64,000 nucleotides of DNA, from positions 2,700 through 66,699 of the forward strand of contig JAWLBS010000001.1 of the NCBI GenBank assembly GCA_041687575.1, given 5' to 3'. A program made the position numbers and the translations under genes. Under the pieces are notes generated by a model. That model ran no database searches. It was given only the letters and a program-made list of their open reading frames with translations, and was not told the origin of the DNA. Every line of letters starts with the position of its first letter. Within the stretch, counting starts at the first letter, position 1. Below, one piece after another: positions 35,812 through 45,499 of this stretch. The stretch comes from Phycisphaerae bacterium (GTDB lineage Bacteria; Planctomycetota; Phycisphaerae; UBA1845; JANYLN01).

Positions 35812-38118
35812 ATGGAACATGTCTGGACGGCACGCTGGATACAGGACCCGCGCTTCAGCGGGCTGGCGCCGCGGGACCTGCTGCACCCCGAGCACCAGCC
35901 GCGCGACCTGCCCGCCCACGAGCCCGGCCTGCGGAACGTGCACATGCTCGTCCGCAAGGAGTTCGACCTGCCCGAGCCGCCGGGACGGGCCGAACTGCTG
36001 ATTACGGCCGATGACTACTATTTGCTCTACATCAACGGCGAATTCGTCGGCCAGGGGCCGGCGCCCGCGTACCACTTCCGGTACAACGTCAACGCCTGGG
36101 ACGTTTCGGATCGGCTGACGGCCGGGCGCAACGTCATCGCGGTGCACGTGTACTACCAGGGCCTGCGCAACCGGGTGTGGAACAGCGCGGACTATCGGCA
36201 GGGAATGCTGGCGGAGCTGGTCGTCCGCACCGCCGCCGGCGGGCACGTGCTGGTCGCCTCGGACGCGACCTGGCGGATGCGGATCAGCGAGGCGTACCGG
36301 GCCGGGCCGATCATCGCTTACGACACGCAGTTCGCGGAGGACATCGACGGCCGGCTGCTGGAGCGCGGCTGGCAGCAGGCGGGGTTCGACGACGCGGCCT
36401 GGACCGCCCCGGCTGAGCGGGCGGTCGAGCAGACGGATTACACATTCGTGATGCAATCGACGCCGCCGCCAGCCGTGTACGACGTCGAGCCGGTGGAGGT
36501 CCGCCGCCTGGGGCAGGGGCGCTACCGGCTGGACTTCGGGCGGGAGATCACCGGGCGGCTGAAGGTGCGGGTGGCCGGGCCGGCGGGGCACCGCATCGAG
36601 GTGCGGTGCGGGGAGGAGCTCGAGCCGGACGGGTCGGTGCGGTACCGGATGCGGTGCAACTGCGATTACCAGGATTTCTACACCCTGGCGGGGGTGGACG
36701 GCGAGCAGGTCGAGTTCTTCGACTACAAGGCGTTTCGCTACGCCGAGGTGCTGGGCGCAGCCGGCGAGGTGGGGGCGGGCGATGTGCGGGCGATCGTGCG
36801 TCACTACCCGTGGCCGGACAGTGCCGCGACGCTGCGGACGAGCAACCCGGTGCTGGATGAGATCTGGGCGATCTGCGCCAATGGCGTGCGGTGCTGCTGC
36901 CAGGAGACGATCGTCGACTGCCCCAGCCGGGAAAAGGGGCAATACCTCAACGATGCGGCCGTCAGCGCGCACGCGCACATGCTGCTGACGGGCGACACCC
37001 GGCTGACGCGCAAGGCCCTGGCCGACGCCGCCGCCAGCGGGCGGTTCTGTCCGGGGCTGGCGGCGGTCGCGCCGGGCAGTTTCATGCAGGAGATCGCCGA
37101 GGCGAGCCTGCTGTGGCCGGTGCTGTTGCGGGAGTATTACCTGCACAGCGGGGACGAGGCGTTTCTGCGGGAGATGCTGCCGGTGCTGGACGGGCTGGTG
37201 CACTACTTCCAGCGGCATGAGAACGAGGGGGGGCTGCTGGCGGACCTGCAGGAAAAGTGGAACCTTGTGGACTGGCCCGCCAATGCCCGGGACGGCTACG
37301 ACTTCGACCTGAGCCCGCGGACCGGCGGGCAGGGGTGCCAGTGCGTGCTCAACGGGCACTATTACAGGTTCCTGGAGGCGGTGGCGGACTGCCGGCTGGC
37401 GGCGGGGCTGGACGTGGCCCGCGCGTGGCAGCGCCGCCGGGCGGCGTTCACCGAGGCGTTCACGCGGACGTTTCAGGACTCCCGGACGGGCCTGTTCGTC
37501 GATGCGGTCGGCAGCAACCACTCGTCGCTGCACGCCAATGCGATGGCGCTGTGCGCGGGGCTGGTCTCGCCGGCGGCGCTGCCGGCCGTATTGTCACTGC
37601 TGCAGGCGAAGGGGATGGCGTGCGGCGTGTGGTTTGCGAGCTTCCTGCTGCAGGGGCTGATCCAGGCGGGTCAGTCGGAGCTGGCGATCTACCTGATGAC
37701 GCGGGACGACCCGCGGTCGTGGCAGAACATGCTCGGCGAGGACGCGACGGCGTGTTTCGAGGCGTGGGGCGTCGATCAGAAGTGGAACACGAGCCTGTGC
37801 CACGCGTGGGCGGCTGGTCCGGTGGCGCTGCTGGTGGAGGGGATGCTGGGGGTGCAGCATGTGGAGGCGGGCTGGCGGGCGGTGCGGATCGAGCCGCGGA
37901 TGCCGCGGATGTTGCAGTCGGTGGCGCTGCAGTTGCCGCTGCCAGCCGGGACGCTGAACGTATCGTATTCGCGATCCGGGCGGCTGGAGATCTGCTCGGT
38001 GCACCTGCCGCGCGAGGTGCGGCTGGTCGAGCCGTCGCGGGGTCCGGGCTGCTGGCAGGTCCGCACGGCCGACGCGGCGCGGGGGGCCTGGCTGTTGGAG
38101 CGGACGCGGGTGCGGTGA
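35812..38118 (+). CDS. alpha-L-rhamnosidase-like glycoside hydrolase (GH78-like)
   Basis: Start at MEHVWTARWI. ITADDYYLLYINGEFVGQGP (rhamnosidase N-terminal domain pattern) and DCPSREKGQYLNDA (compare DCPxRE+xGWxGD of the six-hairpin catalytic domain). Confidence 0.7.
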   Translation: MEHVWTARWIQDPRFSGLAPRDLLHPEHQPRDLPAHEPGLRNVHMLVRKEFDLPEPPGRAELLITADDYYLLYINGEFVGQGPAPAYHFRYNVNAWDVSDRLTAGRNVIAVHVYYQGLRNRVWNSADYRQGMLAELVVRTAAGGHVLVASDATWRMRISEAYRAGPIIAYDTQFAEDIDGRLLERGWQQAGFDDAAWTAPAERAVEQTDYTFVMQSTPPPAVYDVEPVEVRRLGQGRYRLDFGREITGRLKVRVAGPAGHRIEVRCGEELEPDGSVRYRMRCNCDYQDFYTLAGVDGEQVEFFDYKAFRYAEVLGAAGEVGAGDVRAIVRHYPWPDSAATLRTSNPVLDEIWAICANGVRCCCQETIVDCPSREKGQYLNDAAVSAHAHMLLTGDTRLTRKALADAAASGRFCPGLAAVAPGSFMQEIAEASLLWPVLLREYYLHSGDEAFLREMLPVLDGLVHYFQRHENEGGLLADLQEKWNLVDWPANARDGYDFDLSPRTGGQGCQCVLNGHYYRFLEAVADCRLAAGLDVARAWQRRRAAFTEAFTRTFQDSRTGLFVDAVGSNHSSLHANAMALCAGLVSPAALPAVLSLLQAKGMACGVWFASFLLQGLIQAGQSELAIYLMTRDDPRSWQNMLGEDATACFEAWGVDQKWNTSLCHAWAAGPVALLVEGMLGVQHVEAGWRAVRIEPRMPRMLQSVALQLPLPAGTLNVSYSRSGRLEICSVHLPREVRLVEPSRGPGCWQVRTADAARGAWLLERTRVR

Positions 38119-38242
38119 AGGGGCGGGCGGCAATAGCGTGCATCCGCAGTCGCCCATGAACCTTCCGCTCGCCCGAAGGCATGAAGAGCAGGGACTCTTC
38201 GGAGCAGAAAGCAAGGGTGTCTGCTGACCAATGGTGTGAAAC

Positions 38243-38316
38243 TGGGCGATACTGGACTCGAACCAGTGACCTCACGGGTGTGATCCGTGCGCTCTAACCA
38301 ACTGAGCTAATCGCCC
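38243..38316 (-). tRNA. tRNA-Val (anticodon CAC)
   Basis: Hand-folded: acceptor GGGCGAT/ATCGCCC, D stem GCTC/GAGC, anticodon stem CACGG/CCGTG with loop ATCACAC, T arm ACTGG-TTCGAGT-CCAGT. Confidence 0.9.
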
Positions 38317-38331
38317 TTCGTTCGGGCAGCT

Positions 38332-38360
38332 ACTATAAGCGCACCCGGCACGCTTTTCAA
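38332..38360 (-). promoter_or_regulatory. sigma70-type promoter of tRNA-Val
   Basis: Minus strand: TTGAAA (38360-38355), 17 nt, TATAGT (38337-38332). This is 15 nt upstream of the tRNA 5' end. Confidence 0.6.
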
Positions 38361-38506
38361 CCTCCCTTGCGGCGCGACGTTGAATCCTTCAGCGCCACCG
38401 GCTACAACGGGTCGCCGGACCGAGCGACGGGGCGGGCCGCTGGCGGTGATGGTCGGGCGGCAACCCGGTTCGGCAGGCAAGGCCGCCATCCGGCGGGAAG
38501 GTCACA

Positions 38507-40120
38507 ATGCTCCAGTCCTGGATCCAGACATTTCGACGCAGCCGGCGGATCGCCGTGCCGGTCCACGTGCCGGCCCGCAAGTCCGGCATCGTCTCTCGGA
38601 CGATCGAGCTCCTGCCGGCCACGCTCGACCACGTGACTGAACTGCTTGTACCCCTGAGCATTGGGCCTGATCTGCCGGTTGAGGTGCTCGTTCGGGTCGG
38701 TGATCGGGTGGAGGCGGCCGCGGTCATCGGCCGGGCGGGCGCGAGTGCAGCGGCGGACTCCGATGGATCGGGGCGAGACGTTTCGCCCGATGGAACTGGT
38801 GCCGAGCGGGATTTCGAGGTCGGCCAGATAGCCGGTCAGCCCCCCGGGGATCGGGTCGGGATCCCCGTTTTCAGCCCTGCGGCGGGGGTTGTGGTGGGGA
38901 CCGCTCTTGTCGATTCGGAATTCGGCTGCGACATCCCGGCCGTGCGGTTGCGGGTGGAGGGGGCCGGCCTGCTGGTGGTCCCCTCGGCGGTGCCAGGCCA
39001 GAAGGGGGCGGCGGTCGAATCCGGCGGCGCAGCCGAGGATACGCCCGGTGGTCCGCCCGGCGATCCGGCGGGTGGGTCGAAGGCTGCCCCGGGCGGCAAC
39101 GGGACGCAAGGCGAGTTATCGGACGACGGGCCAGGCCTGCGCGATGTTCTGGCCGAGATGGCCCGGCTGGAGGACCTGCCGGCTGCGCTGGACGAGCTGG
39201 GGGTGATCGCGGCGATCGGGGGGCGGTACGAGCCGCTGGGGCAGGTGCTGCGGCGGGTGGCGGGGCGGGTGAACCTCCTGCTGATCAACGCCTTGCAGAG
39301 CGAGCCGCGGCTGGGGTCCCACTCGCGGCTGACGATGGAGGCGACCGGGGCGATTGCCGCGGGGGCGCGGGCGATCCTGGCGTACCTGGGGCTGGCCAGG
39401 GCCACGCTGCTGGTCAGCGGCCCCCACGTGCAGGAGGACCTGCTGCGGCGCCGGCTGCGGCGGTCGCGGCTGCGGGTCGTGCCGGTGCGGACGACCTGGC
39501 CGGGCGGCGAGGACGCACTGGTCCTGCGGCGGCTGTACGGGCGGGGCTCGGGCGACGGGTCGCACGAGTGCGGGCATGGCGGATGCCTGGTCCTGCCGGC
39601 TGACGCGGTGTGGCGGGCGGGCCTGTCGCTGGTGCACCGCCGGCCGGTGACCTGCCAGGCGATCACCCTCGCCGGCGACTGTATGAAGCCCGGCAGCCAG
39701 CGGGTCTACATGGCGCCGGTAGGGCTGACGATCCGGGACCTGGTCGGTTGCCTGCAGCGTAGCGGCATGCTGCGGCGCGAGCCGCGGGTGATCCTGCTGG
39801 GCGGGCCGATGACCGGCACGAGCGTCGTCGACGCCAGCCGGGCCGTGGTCACCCGCGCGACGCAGGCGGTGCTGCTGATGGATCACAAGCCGCAGCGCCG
39901 CACGACGGGGTGTGTGCGGTGCGGCTGGTGCATCTCCGGCTGCCCCGTGGGGATCGATCCGGTGGCGATCCTGGATGCGATCGAGGCCGGCCAGCGTGCG
40001 GCGGGGCGACTGGCGGCCCGCCGTTGCATCGAGTGCGGGGTGTGCAGCTACGTATGCCCGTCGCATCTGCCACTGGCGCAGGCGGCGCGGACGGCGCGGC
40101 GGCTCGGGGCGGGAAGATAG
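38507..40120 (+). CDS. orphan RnfC-like iron-sulfur protein with degenerate nucleotide-binding motifs
   Basis: RnfC_N-like barrel (VRVGDRVEAAAVIGRA ... GIPVFSPAAGVVVG). SLBB-like LLGGPMTGTSV. Two intact ferredoxin motifs, CVRCGWCISGCP and CIECGVCSYVCP. The expected GGAGFPT reads GGRYEP, and NGAECEP reads NALQSEP. A Gly/Pro/Ala-rich insert of about 60-110 aa is present. Confidence 0.6.
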   Translation: MLQSWIQTFRRSRRIAVPVHVPARKSGIVSRTIELLPATLDHVTELLVPLSIGPDLPVEVLVRVGDRVEAAAVIGRAGASAAADSDGSGRDVSPDGTGAERDFEVGQIAGQPPGDRVGIPVFSPAAGVVVGTALVDSEFGCDIPAVRLRVEGAGLLVVPSAVPGQKGAAVESGGAAEDTPGGPPGDPAGGSKAAPGGNGTQGELSDDGPGLRDVLAEMARLEDLPAALDELGVIAAIGGRYEPLGQVLRRVAGRVNLLLINALQSEPRLGSHSRLTMEATGAIAAGARAILAYLGLARATLLVSGPHVQEDLLRRRLRRSRLRVVPVRTTWPGGEDALVLRRLYGRGSGDGSHECGHGGCLVLPADAVWRAGLSLVHRRPVTCQAITLAGDCMKPGSQRVYMAPVGLTIRDLVGCLQRSGMLRREPRVILLGGPMTGTSVVDASRAVVTRATQAVLLMDHKPQRRTTGCVRCGWCISGCPVGIDPVAILDAIEAGQRAAGRLAARRCIECGVCSYVCPSHLPLAQAARTARRLGAGR

Positions 40121-40499
40121 TTGCCAGTGGATCCTTCGCGTTGCTCAGGATGACAGCAGAGGATCGCTCCAAGAGGCAGAGATCCTTCACTGCGTTCAGG
40201 ATGACAGCGTGTGGCGGGCGCCGTTCGACTCGCTTGGCTCGCTCACGGCCGGCAGCCCGCCCTACACGGTGGCATCGTCGCCAGCGGCATGGATTTGGTG
40301 GGCAGATAGCCCACCCTACAGCCCTGCCTCCTGCCGTTGTTGTCGTTCATCCGCGTTCAATCCGCGTTCATCCGTGGCTGAAATCGTCGTTGCTGTTGCC
40401 GTGGTTGTTGTCCCTGATCCCGCCCCCCCCCCAACCCGCTCATCCATCCACGGCCGATGCCGCCGTTTCATGTTGTCATGTTGTCACGGTGTCATATCC
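40121..40499. repeat. intergenic repeat mosaic
   Basis: Two GATCCTTC..CTCAGGATGAC arms. REP long form at 40213-40265. GGTGGGCAGATAGCCCACCCTAC at 40297-40319. About 130 nt (40295-40420) is the inverted homologue of 5355-5485. C10 at 40423-40432. TTGTCAYG tandem at 40469-40499. Confidence 0.75.
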
Positions 40500-41441
40500 T
40501 CATCCACCTGCGGCACCCCGGTTCGCCTTGTCCAAATACTTCGCCAGCCAGTAGTGGGCCTTCATGAACGGCACGGCGGCCCCGCCGGCCTCGGCGCGGC
40601 GGATCGGCACGGCCAGGATGTACTCCAGTTCCAGCTCCGCGCGGTTCTCGTAGTCGATCAGCATGCTGGTCTTGTACGGCTTCATCCGCCGCGTGTTGGC
40701 CAGCATGCGTTCGGGGAAGTCCGGCGGCAGAGTGGCGCCGTCGGCGGCGGCGCCAGCCATCACCTCGTCCATCAGCTGCCGGGCTGTTAGCAGCAGGTCG
40801 GGGTCCTGCATGATGATGTCGGTGGTCACGCCGCCGGCGGTGATGCTCAGCGTGTTGTAGGGGATGTTCCAGCAGAGCTTCTGCCAGCGGGCCTGCTTGA
40901 GCGAGTCGGCGGTGGTCGTCTCGATGCCGCCGTCGCGGAGCACCTCGGCGACCTCGCCGGCGGCCGCCACGTCTCCCTGCATGTGGCAGACGAGCACGTG
41001 GCCGTAGTCCAGGTGGTGGATGTGCCCCGGCGCGACGCGGTTGATGCAGGTGAAGGCCAAACCGCCGAAGATGCGGTCGGGGTCGAACCACTCGGCGAGT
41101 TTCTCTTCGACCCCCAGCCCGTTCATCAGGGCGAGGATCCGTGTGGCCGGCCCGACGACCGGCGCCAGCAGCGGCTGGGCCTGGTCCAGCACCGTGGTCT
41201 TCAGGGCGCAGATGACCAGGTCGACCGGCCCGATCTCCTCAGCTCGGTTGTAGACCTCGGCCTGCAGGTGAAAGTCGCCCCAGATGCTGCGAACGGTCAA
41301 CCCCTCGCGCCGAACGGTCTCGTAGTCGCTGCGCATCAGGAAGCTTACGCGATGGCCGGCGCGGGCGAGGCGGGCCCCGTAGAAGCACCCGACGGCCCCG
41401 GCCCCGATGACGGCGATGGTCTTCACGGATCTCGCCTCCAT
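40500..41441 (-). CDS. panE: 2-dehydropantoate 2-reductase (ketopantoate reductase family)
   Basis: IAVIGAGAVGCFYGARLARAGH Rossmann N-terminus and ApbA/PanE-like length and C-terminal domain. Confidence 0.75.
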   Translation of the reverse strand: MEARSVKTIAVIGAGAVGCFYGARLARAGHRVSFLMRSDYETVRREGLTVRSIWGDFHLQAEVYNRAEEIGPVDLVICALKTTVLDQAQPLLAPVVGPATRILALMNGLGVEEKLAEWFDPDRIFGGLAFTCINRVAPGHIHHLDYGHVLVCHMQGDVAAAGEVAEVLRDGGIETTTADSLKQARWQKLCWNIPYNTLSITAGGVTTDIIMQDPDLLLTARQLMDEVMAGAAADGATLPPDFPERMLANTRRMKPYKTSMLIDYENRAELELEYILAVPIRRAEAGGAAVPFMKAHYWLAKYLDKANRGAAGG

Positions 41442-41452
41442 GCCATGGGCGG

Positions 41453-42232
41453 CTAGAGGGTCTTGATGTGGAACCCGCCGTCGACGTTGATGACCTCGCC
41501 GGTGCTGAAGGGCAGGTCGCCCCGGGCGATGGCGGCGACGGCCTTGCCGACGTCCTCGGGCTGGCCCCAGCGGCGGATCGGCGTGAGGCCGCCGGCGATC
41601 AGCTTGTCGTACTTGTCCTTGACGGCGCTGGTCATGTCGGTCTGGATGATGCCCGGGCGGATCTCGTAGACGTTGATATTCTGCTCGGCCAGCCGGGCGG
41701 CGTACAGCTGCGTCATCATGCCGATACCGGCCTTGCTGATGCAGTATTCGGCGCGGTTGACGCTGGCGGCGTAGGCGCTGATGCTCGAGACGTTGACGAT
41801 CGCGCCCCGCTCGATGGTGCGGCTGCCGATCAGGGTGAGCATGACGTTGGCCACGCGCTGGGTCAGGAAGAACGGCCCTTTCAGGTTGACCTGGATGAGA
41901 TCGTCGAAGGATTTTTCGGTGGTCTCGAGGATGTCGGCGCGGACTTTCGGGGCGATCCCGGCGTTGTTGACCAGCACGTCGATCCGGCCGTATGTGTCCA
42001 GCACGAATGAGACGATCAGTTCCCGGTGGGCGGCCTCGCCGATGTTGCCCTGGACGATATCGGCCTGGCCACCGCCGGCTTCGATCAGTTCCTTGGTCTG
42101 CTGGGCGGCGTCGAGGTTGCTCTGGTAGTTGATCACGACGAAGTACCCGCTACGGGCGAGCTCGAGGCAGATGCCCCGTCCGATGCCCCGGCTGCCGCCG
42201 GTGACCAGCGCCACGGGTGTCTTGATCGCCAT
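41453..42232 (-). CDS. short-chain dehydrogenase/reductase (FabG-like)
   Basis: Start at [18 protein letters not shown] (ATG 42232). NNAG. Catalytic Y-x3-K in YCISKAG. The 501-aa ORF extension to 42958 runs through the RRM gene region and is an artefact. Confidence 0.85.
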   Translation of the reverse strand: MAIKTPVALVTGGSRGIGRGICLELARSGYFVVINYQSNLDAAQQTKELIEAGGGQADIVQGNIGEAAHRELIVSFVLDTYGRIDVLVNNAGIAPKVRADILETTEKSFDDLIQVNLKGPFFLTQRVANVMLTLIGSRTIERGAIVNVSSISAYAASVNRAEYCISKAGIGMMTQLYAARLAEQNINVYEIRPGIIQTDMTSAVKDKYDKLIAGGLTPIRRWGQPEDVGKAVAAIARGDLPFSTGEVINVDGGFHIKTL

Positions 42233-42441
42233 ATCCGAATTCTCTCCTCGTTCGACTGCACGTGGACTTGCGGTAAGCTCAGGGCCGAAGTGCCCGGCCG
42301 CGCAAACAAGCAGTGCCGGAGGGCACCCCTGCGGTGCCCTCCGGCCAATAGCGGTGCCCGGTCGTTTGGTAGCCGCCCGGCCCGGGCTGTTACGGAAGGC
42401 CCGTCCAGTCCGTTGGCAAGGCGTTGGCTGGCCGACCGACT

Positions 42442-42741
42442 CTAGTAGCGACTGCCGCCGCCGCCGTATCCGCCCCGGCTGCCGCCGCGGTCTTCCCGGG
42501 GCCGCGCTTCGTTGACGGTGAGGCTCCGGCCTTCGTGTTGCTGGCCGTTCAGGGCGTTGATGGCAGCCTGTGCCTCTTGATCGGAACCCATCTCGACAAA
42601 GCCGAAGCCTTTGCTCTGGCCACTGAACTTGTCGGAAATAACCTGGGCGCTCTGGATGGTGCCGTACGCGGCGAAGAGGTTTTGCAGATCTTCGCTGGTG
42701 ACATCGTAACTCAGATTCCCTACATACAACTTCGTACCCAT
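42442..42741 (-). CDS. RNA-binding protein with RRM domain and Gly/Arg-rich tail
   Basis: RNP-2 LYVGNL and RNP-1 KGFGFVEM. C-terminal [15 protein letters not shown]. Start at MGTKLYV (ATG 42741). Confidence 0.85.
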   Translation of the reverse strand: MGTKLYVGNLSYDVTSEDLQNLFAAYGTIQSAQVISDKFSGQSKGFGFVEMGSDQEAQAAINALNGQQHEGRSLTVNEARPREDRGGSRGGYGGGGSRY

Positions 42742-42913
42742 CTTTCGATTCCTCATCTAGCAGGTTTGCGACCCGATCATCTTGCTTTCCGGGTCCGGGA
42801 AAGGGGCCCCTACGTGCGGCCCGTCTGGCGGGAGCGTCGACAGACACGATTCGGTGCGGACTTGAAATCTCGCTAACCCGGACATGCTCTTGTTTTCGCA
42901 GCCAGCCGTCTGA

Positions 42914-42942
42914 AGTATATCCGCCCATCGTTGGCGACACAA
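42914..42942 (-). promoter_or_regulatory. candidate sigma70-type promoter of the RRM gene
   Basis: Minus strand: TTGTGT (42942-42937), 17 nt, TATACT (42919-42914). The -35 lies inside a tandem TTGTCGCCAACA / TTGTGTCGCCAACG duplication. Confidence 0.4.
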
Positions 42943-43055
42943 TGGGTGTTGGCGACAAAGGAAGTCGGCGTGGCGGGCGAGAGCGAAGGGGGCTGGGAAG
43001 GGGGGCAGGTGAATAGCGTTGTCCGACACGTATGTTCGCGGGAGGCGGTGCGCAA

Positions 43056-43101
43056 TGAAAAGGGCCGCGACCCGTAGTCCGGATCGCGGCCCTGTTTCTT
43101 T
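43056..43101. terminator. intrinsic terminator (usable on both strands) downstream of the PEP-CTERM gene
   Basis: GGGCCGCGA (43062-43070) pairs with TCGCGGCCC (43084-43092). It is flanked by GAAAA on one side and TGTTTCTTT on the other. Confidence 0.5.
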
Positions 43102-43154
43102 ACATCCTTTGCGGCCAAGGCCTTTGGAATGTCAGGCCATGACCACGTCCGGTC

Positions 43155-43727
43155 TTACTTGCGGCGACGGATGATCGCCAGACCGCCCAGCGCCAGCAGC
43201 GCCATCGTGGCCGGCTCGGGAACCACGTTGATCGTGGCGCCAGTGACCGTGCCCAGACCGCCGTAGCTGCTGTCCAGCGGCATCCAGCCGGCGAACGAGC
43301 CTTCGACGAAGCTCAGCCCAACCACGCCCTCAGCAAGCCCCGCGACGGTGTACGTGGCGAACGGCTTCCACTGCAGGTCGGCCCAGTTGTCGGCATTCGT
43401 CACGCCCGTGCGGACCGAACCGAAACCAGCGACGCCACCGTTGGCGGCGCTGCCGATCGCATACGGGAAGCTGCTCGAGGCCAGGTAGGCCCCGTCGAAC
43501 GCCAGAGTGCCGACGTTGCCGAGCACGCCGGCCTGACTCGGGACCACGCTGCCGGCCAGGGCGTACACGCCCACGCCCGCTGTGCCCGTGGTCACTTCGA
43601 CCGTCACAACCGTCTCCTGGCCGATAAGAATCTCCGTGTCAGTCGGCACGATCCGGACATTGACCACACCCAGACTCGGGGCCGCCAGAAGACCAACCAC
43701 CACCAATGCCATCACAAAGTTCCGCAT
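43155..43727 (-). CDS. PEP-CTERM-anchored secreted protein
   Basis: Signal peptide MRNFVMALVVVGLLAAPSLG. C-terminal VPEPATMALLALGGLAIIRRRK. Confidence 0.8.
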   Translation of the reverse strand: MRNFVMALVVVGLLAAPSLGVVNVRIVPTDTEILIGQETVVTVEVTTGTAGVGVYALAGSVVPSQAGVLGNVGTLAFDGAYLASSSFPYAIGSAANGGVAGFGSVRTGVTNADNWADLQWKPFATYTVAGLAEGVVGLSFVEGSFAGWMPLDSSYGGLGTVTGATINVVPEPATMALLALGGLAIIRRRK

Positions 43728-43814
43728 GCTCCATCCTCCTTAAGGATTCGTTGCAGATTTTTCTGCTGTGCGTGGACCCACGTCCACGCACTCTCGAACA
43801 CAATACATCGAACA

Positions 43815-45089
43815 TTACTGCGCCGGGATCGTCTTGAGCCAGTCGCTCGCCAAGGCCAGCAGATCCAGCACGTTGATCATGCCGTCCTGCTTGAGGTCCG
43901 CGTCCGGGTCCCAGTTCGGCGAGTTCGTGTTCGACAGCCACGCGTTGGCAAGCCGCAGCAGGTCGAGCACGTTGACGGTGCCGTCATTGTTGATGTCGCC
44001 GGCCAGCGTGGCGGTCACGGTGATGTACGGCCCGTACAGCCCGCCGCTCTGGTCGCGGGTCCAGTACGAGTTGTTCCACATCTGCTCGCCGGGGTAGATA
44101 ATCGGGGCATTGGAGGCATCCAGCACCAGGCCCTTGACCTCGCCATTCGGATTACCTATGGCTTCGACGATGGCCCGGTCGACCGGCGTGCCGTACCAGC
44201 CTTCGGCGCCGGTGCCGTCGTTGCCGAAGTCACGCGGCTCCAGTTCGCCATAGGCGCCCGTGCAGTCGAACCAGTCGATCGGCTTGCTGTTGATCATCTG
44301 GCCGGTGGTGGCCGCATTCAACATGATCCAGCCGAACGCGAACCGGGTGGCCGAGGCGCTCCAGCCGCCGTAGCCATTGCCCGCATCGAAAAAGGCCTGG
44401 CCGGCATGTACTTCCTGGCCGGCGTTTTCGGCCGCGGCGTTGGACAGCTTGTAGTACTCGCCGCCCGGGCCGATGTCACCCAGCTGGGCGTAGCCCAAGG
44501 TGCCGTCGCGATCGACCGTCGGCGGCCCCACCCGCCATGCGACCGGGGCGTTCTCGCCACCTTCGAGCCGGGGCGCGGTGTAGGTGCCGCCGGCGCCGGT
44601 GAAGCCGTTGCCCAGGTCGCCGCGGTCGACGAAGTTGCCGGCGTTGCCGACGCGGAAGCCGATGATCTGGATCGGGTCATTGAGCCAATAGCCCTGGCCG
44701 GTGTGGTCGCAGGTGTTCCACGAGTTGTCGCGGAAGTATGCCGCGGCCCTGACGACCTTCTTTCCGACGAGCCAGTCGGCCAGGTACTCCCCGTCATCGC
44801 TGTCGTTGACGCCGCCTTTGTTCCGGCCGTCCGGGATGCCGTCGGGGCCGTCGCTGCGGCCATCGAAGGCCCAGTACCCGAACTGCTGTGCACCCTTGGC
44901 CAGGCGGCAGGCGCCGTCACCGCCGATGCCATAGCCTTCGGGAGAATACAGACCAGCAATCCCGTAAAAGGCAGACATCGAGCCGTCGGCCGTGGTCGGC
45001 CATATGTCGACATACAATGCCGCCTGGGAAACACCGGCAAATGCCAGACACGACAACAGCGCCAGTCCCACAATCAAACTTCTCTGCAT
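43815..45089 (-). CDS. secreted protein with C-terminal dockerin module
   Basis: Signal peptide. Two dockerin-type Ca-binding segments, GDINNDGTVNVLDLLRLA and DLKQDGMINVLDLLALA. The N-terminal ~340 aa are unassigned. Confidence 0.7.
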   Translation of the reverse strand: MQRSLIVGLALLSCLAFAGVSQAALYVDIWPTTADGSMSAFYGIAGLYSPEGYGIGGDGACRLAKGAQQFGYWAFDGRSDGPDGIPDGRNKGGVNDSDDGEYLADWLVGKKVVRAAAYFRDNSWNTCDHTGQGYWLNDPIQIIGFRVGNAGNFVDRGDLGNGFTGAGGTYTAPRLEGGENAPVAWRVGPPTVDRDGTLGYAQLGDIGPGGEYYKLSNAAAENAGQEVHAGQAFFDAGNGYGGWSASATRFAFGWIMLNAATTGQMINSKPIDWFDCTGAYGELEPRDFGNDGTGAEGWYGTPVDRAIVEAIGNPNGEVKGLVLDASNAPIIYPGEQMWNNSYWTRDQSGGLYGPYITVTATLAGDINNDGTVNVLDLLRLANAWLSNTNSPNWDPDADLKQDGMINVLDLLALASDWLKTIPAQ

Positions 45090-45470
45090 ACACCTCTCCT
45101 TTCACAGATACCTCGCCTCCCCAAGTCCGCTTGGGGCGGCATTATCCCTCCAAGAAGGGCAAATCTCGTGCCGGAGGCAGATTGCCGTCCGGCACCTATA
45201 GGCAATGATTTGTAAGCCCTTGTGCAGTAGTGTCTTACGGATGCACGTTTGGATTGATTCGTCTTGCGGGAAATGGTCGGGTTGTTCGGAATGTTTCCCG
45301 GATGCAACACATCGTGCCGAAGGTGCGAACGCGTACTGGAAGCGGGGGAAATACGCGGCGACAAAGGCAGCAAAGACGGAACAGACAAAAAACGCATAAC
45401 ACCGCCTGAACTCATCACTAATGCGATGTTCTGAACATGATCCAGTCGGAGAGCACCTCCAACACAAGGC

Positions 45471-45499
45471 ATTGTACTAACCCGGTGTCTGCGTGCCAA
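45471..45499 (-). promoter_or_regulatory. sigma70-type promoter giving a ~375-nt leader for the dockerin gene
   Basis: Minus strand: TTGGCA (45499-45494), 17 nt, TACAAT (45476-45471). Embedded in a visibly AT-richer 610-bp spacer. Confidence 0.45.

Noticed and set aside
40423-40432. C10 homopolymer as a second phase-variation site.
   Set aside because: It lies downstream of both flanking genes (after the RnfC-like stop and after the panE stop) inside a repeat mosaic. It is not within a promoter or coding region I can identify.
42233-42958. 242-aa N-terminal extension of the SDR ORF (501-aa version).
   Set aside because: It is basic and low-complexity and runs across the RRM gene in another frame. 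SDR similarity starts at [18 protein letters not shown].
45380-45440. Intrinsic attenuator or small RNA terminator in the dockerin-gene leader (U6 run).
   Set aside because: Only a 5-bp stem with a ~23-nt loop can be drawn before the U-run. That is too weak to call.
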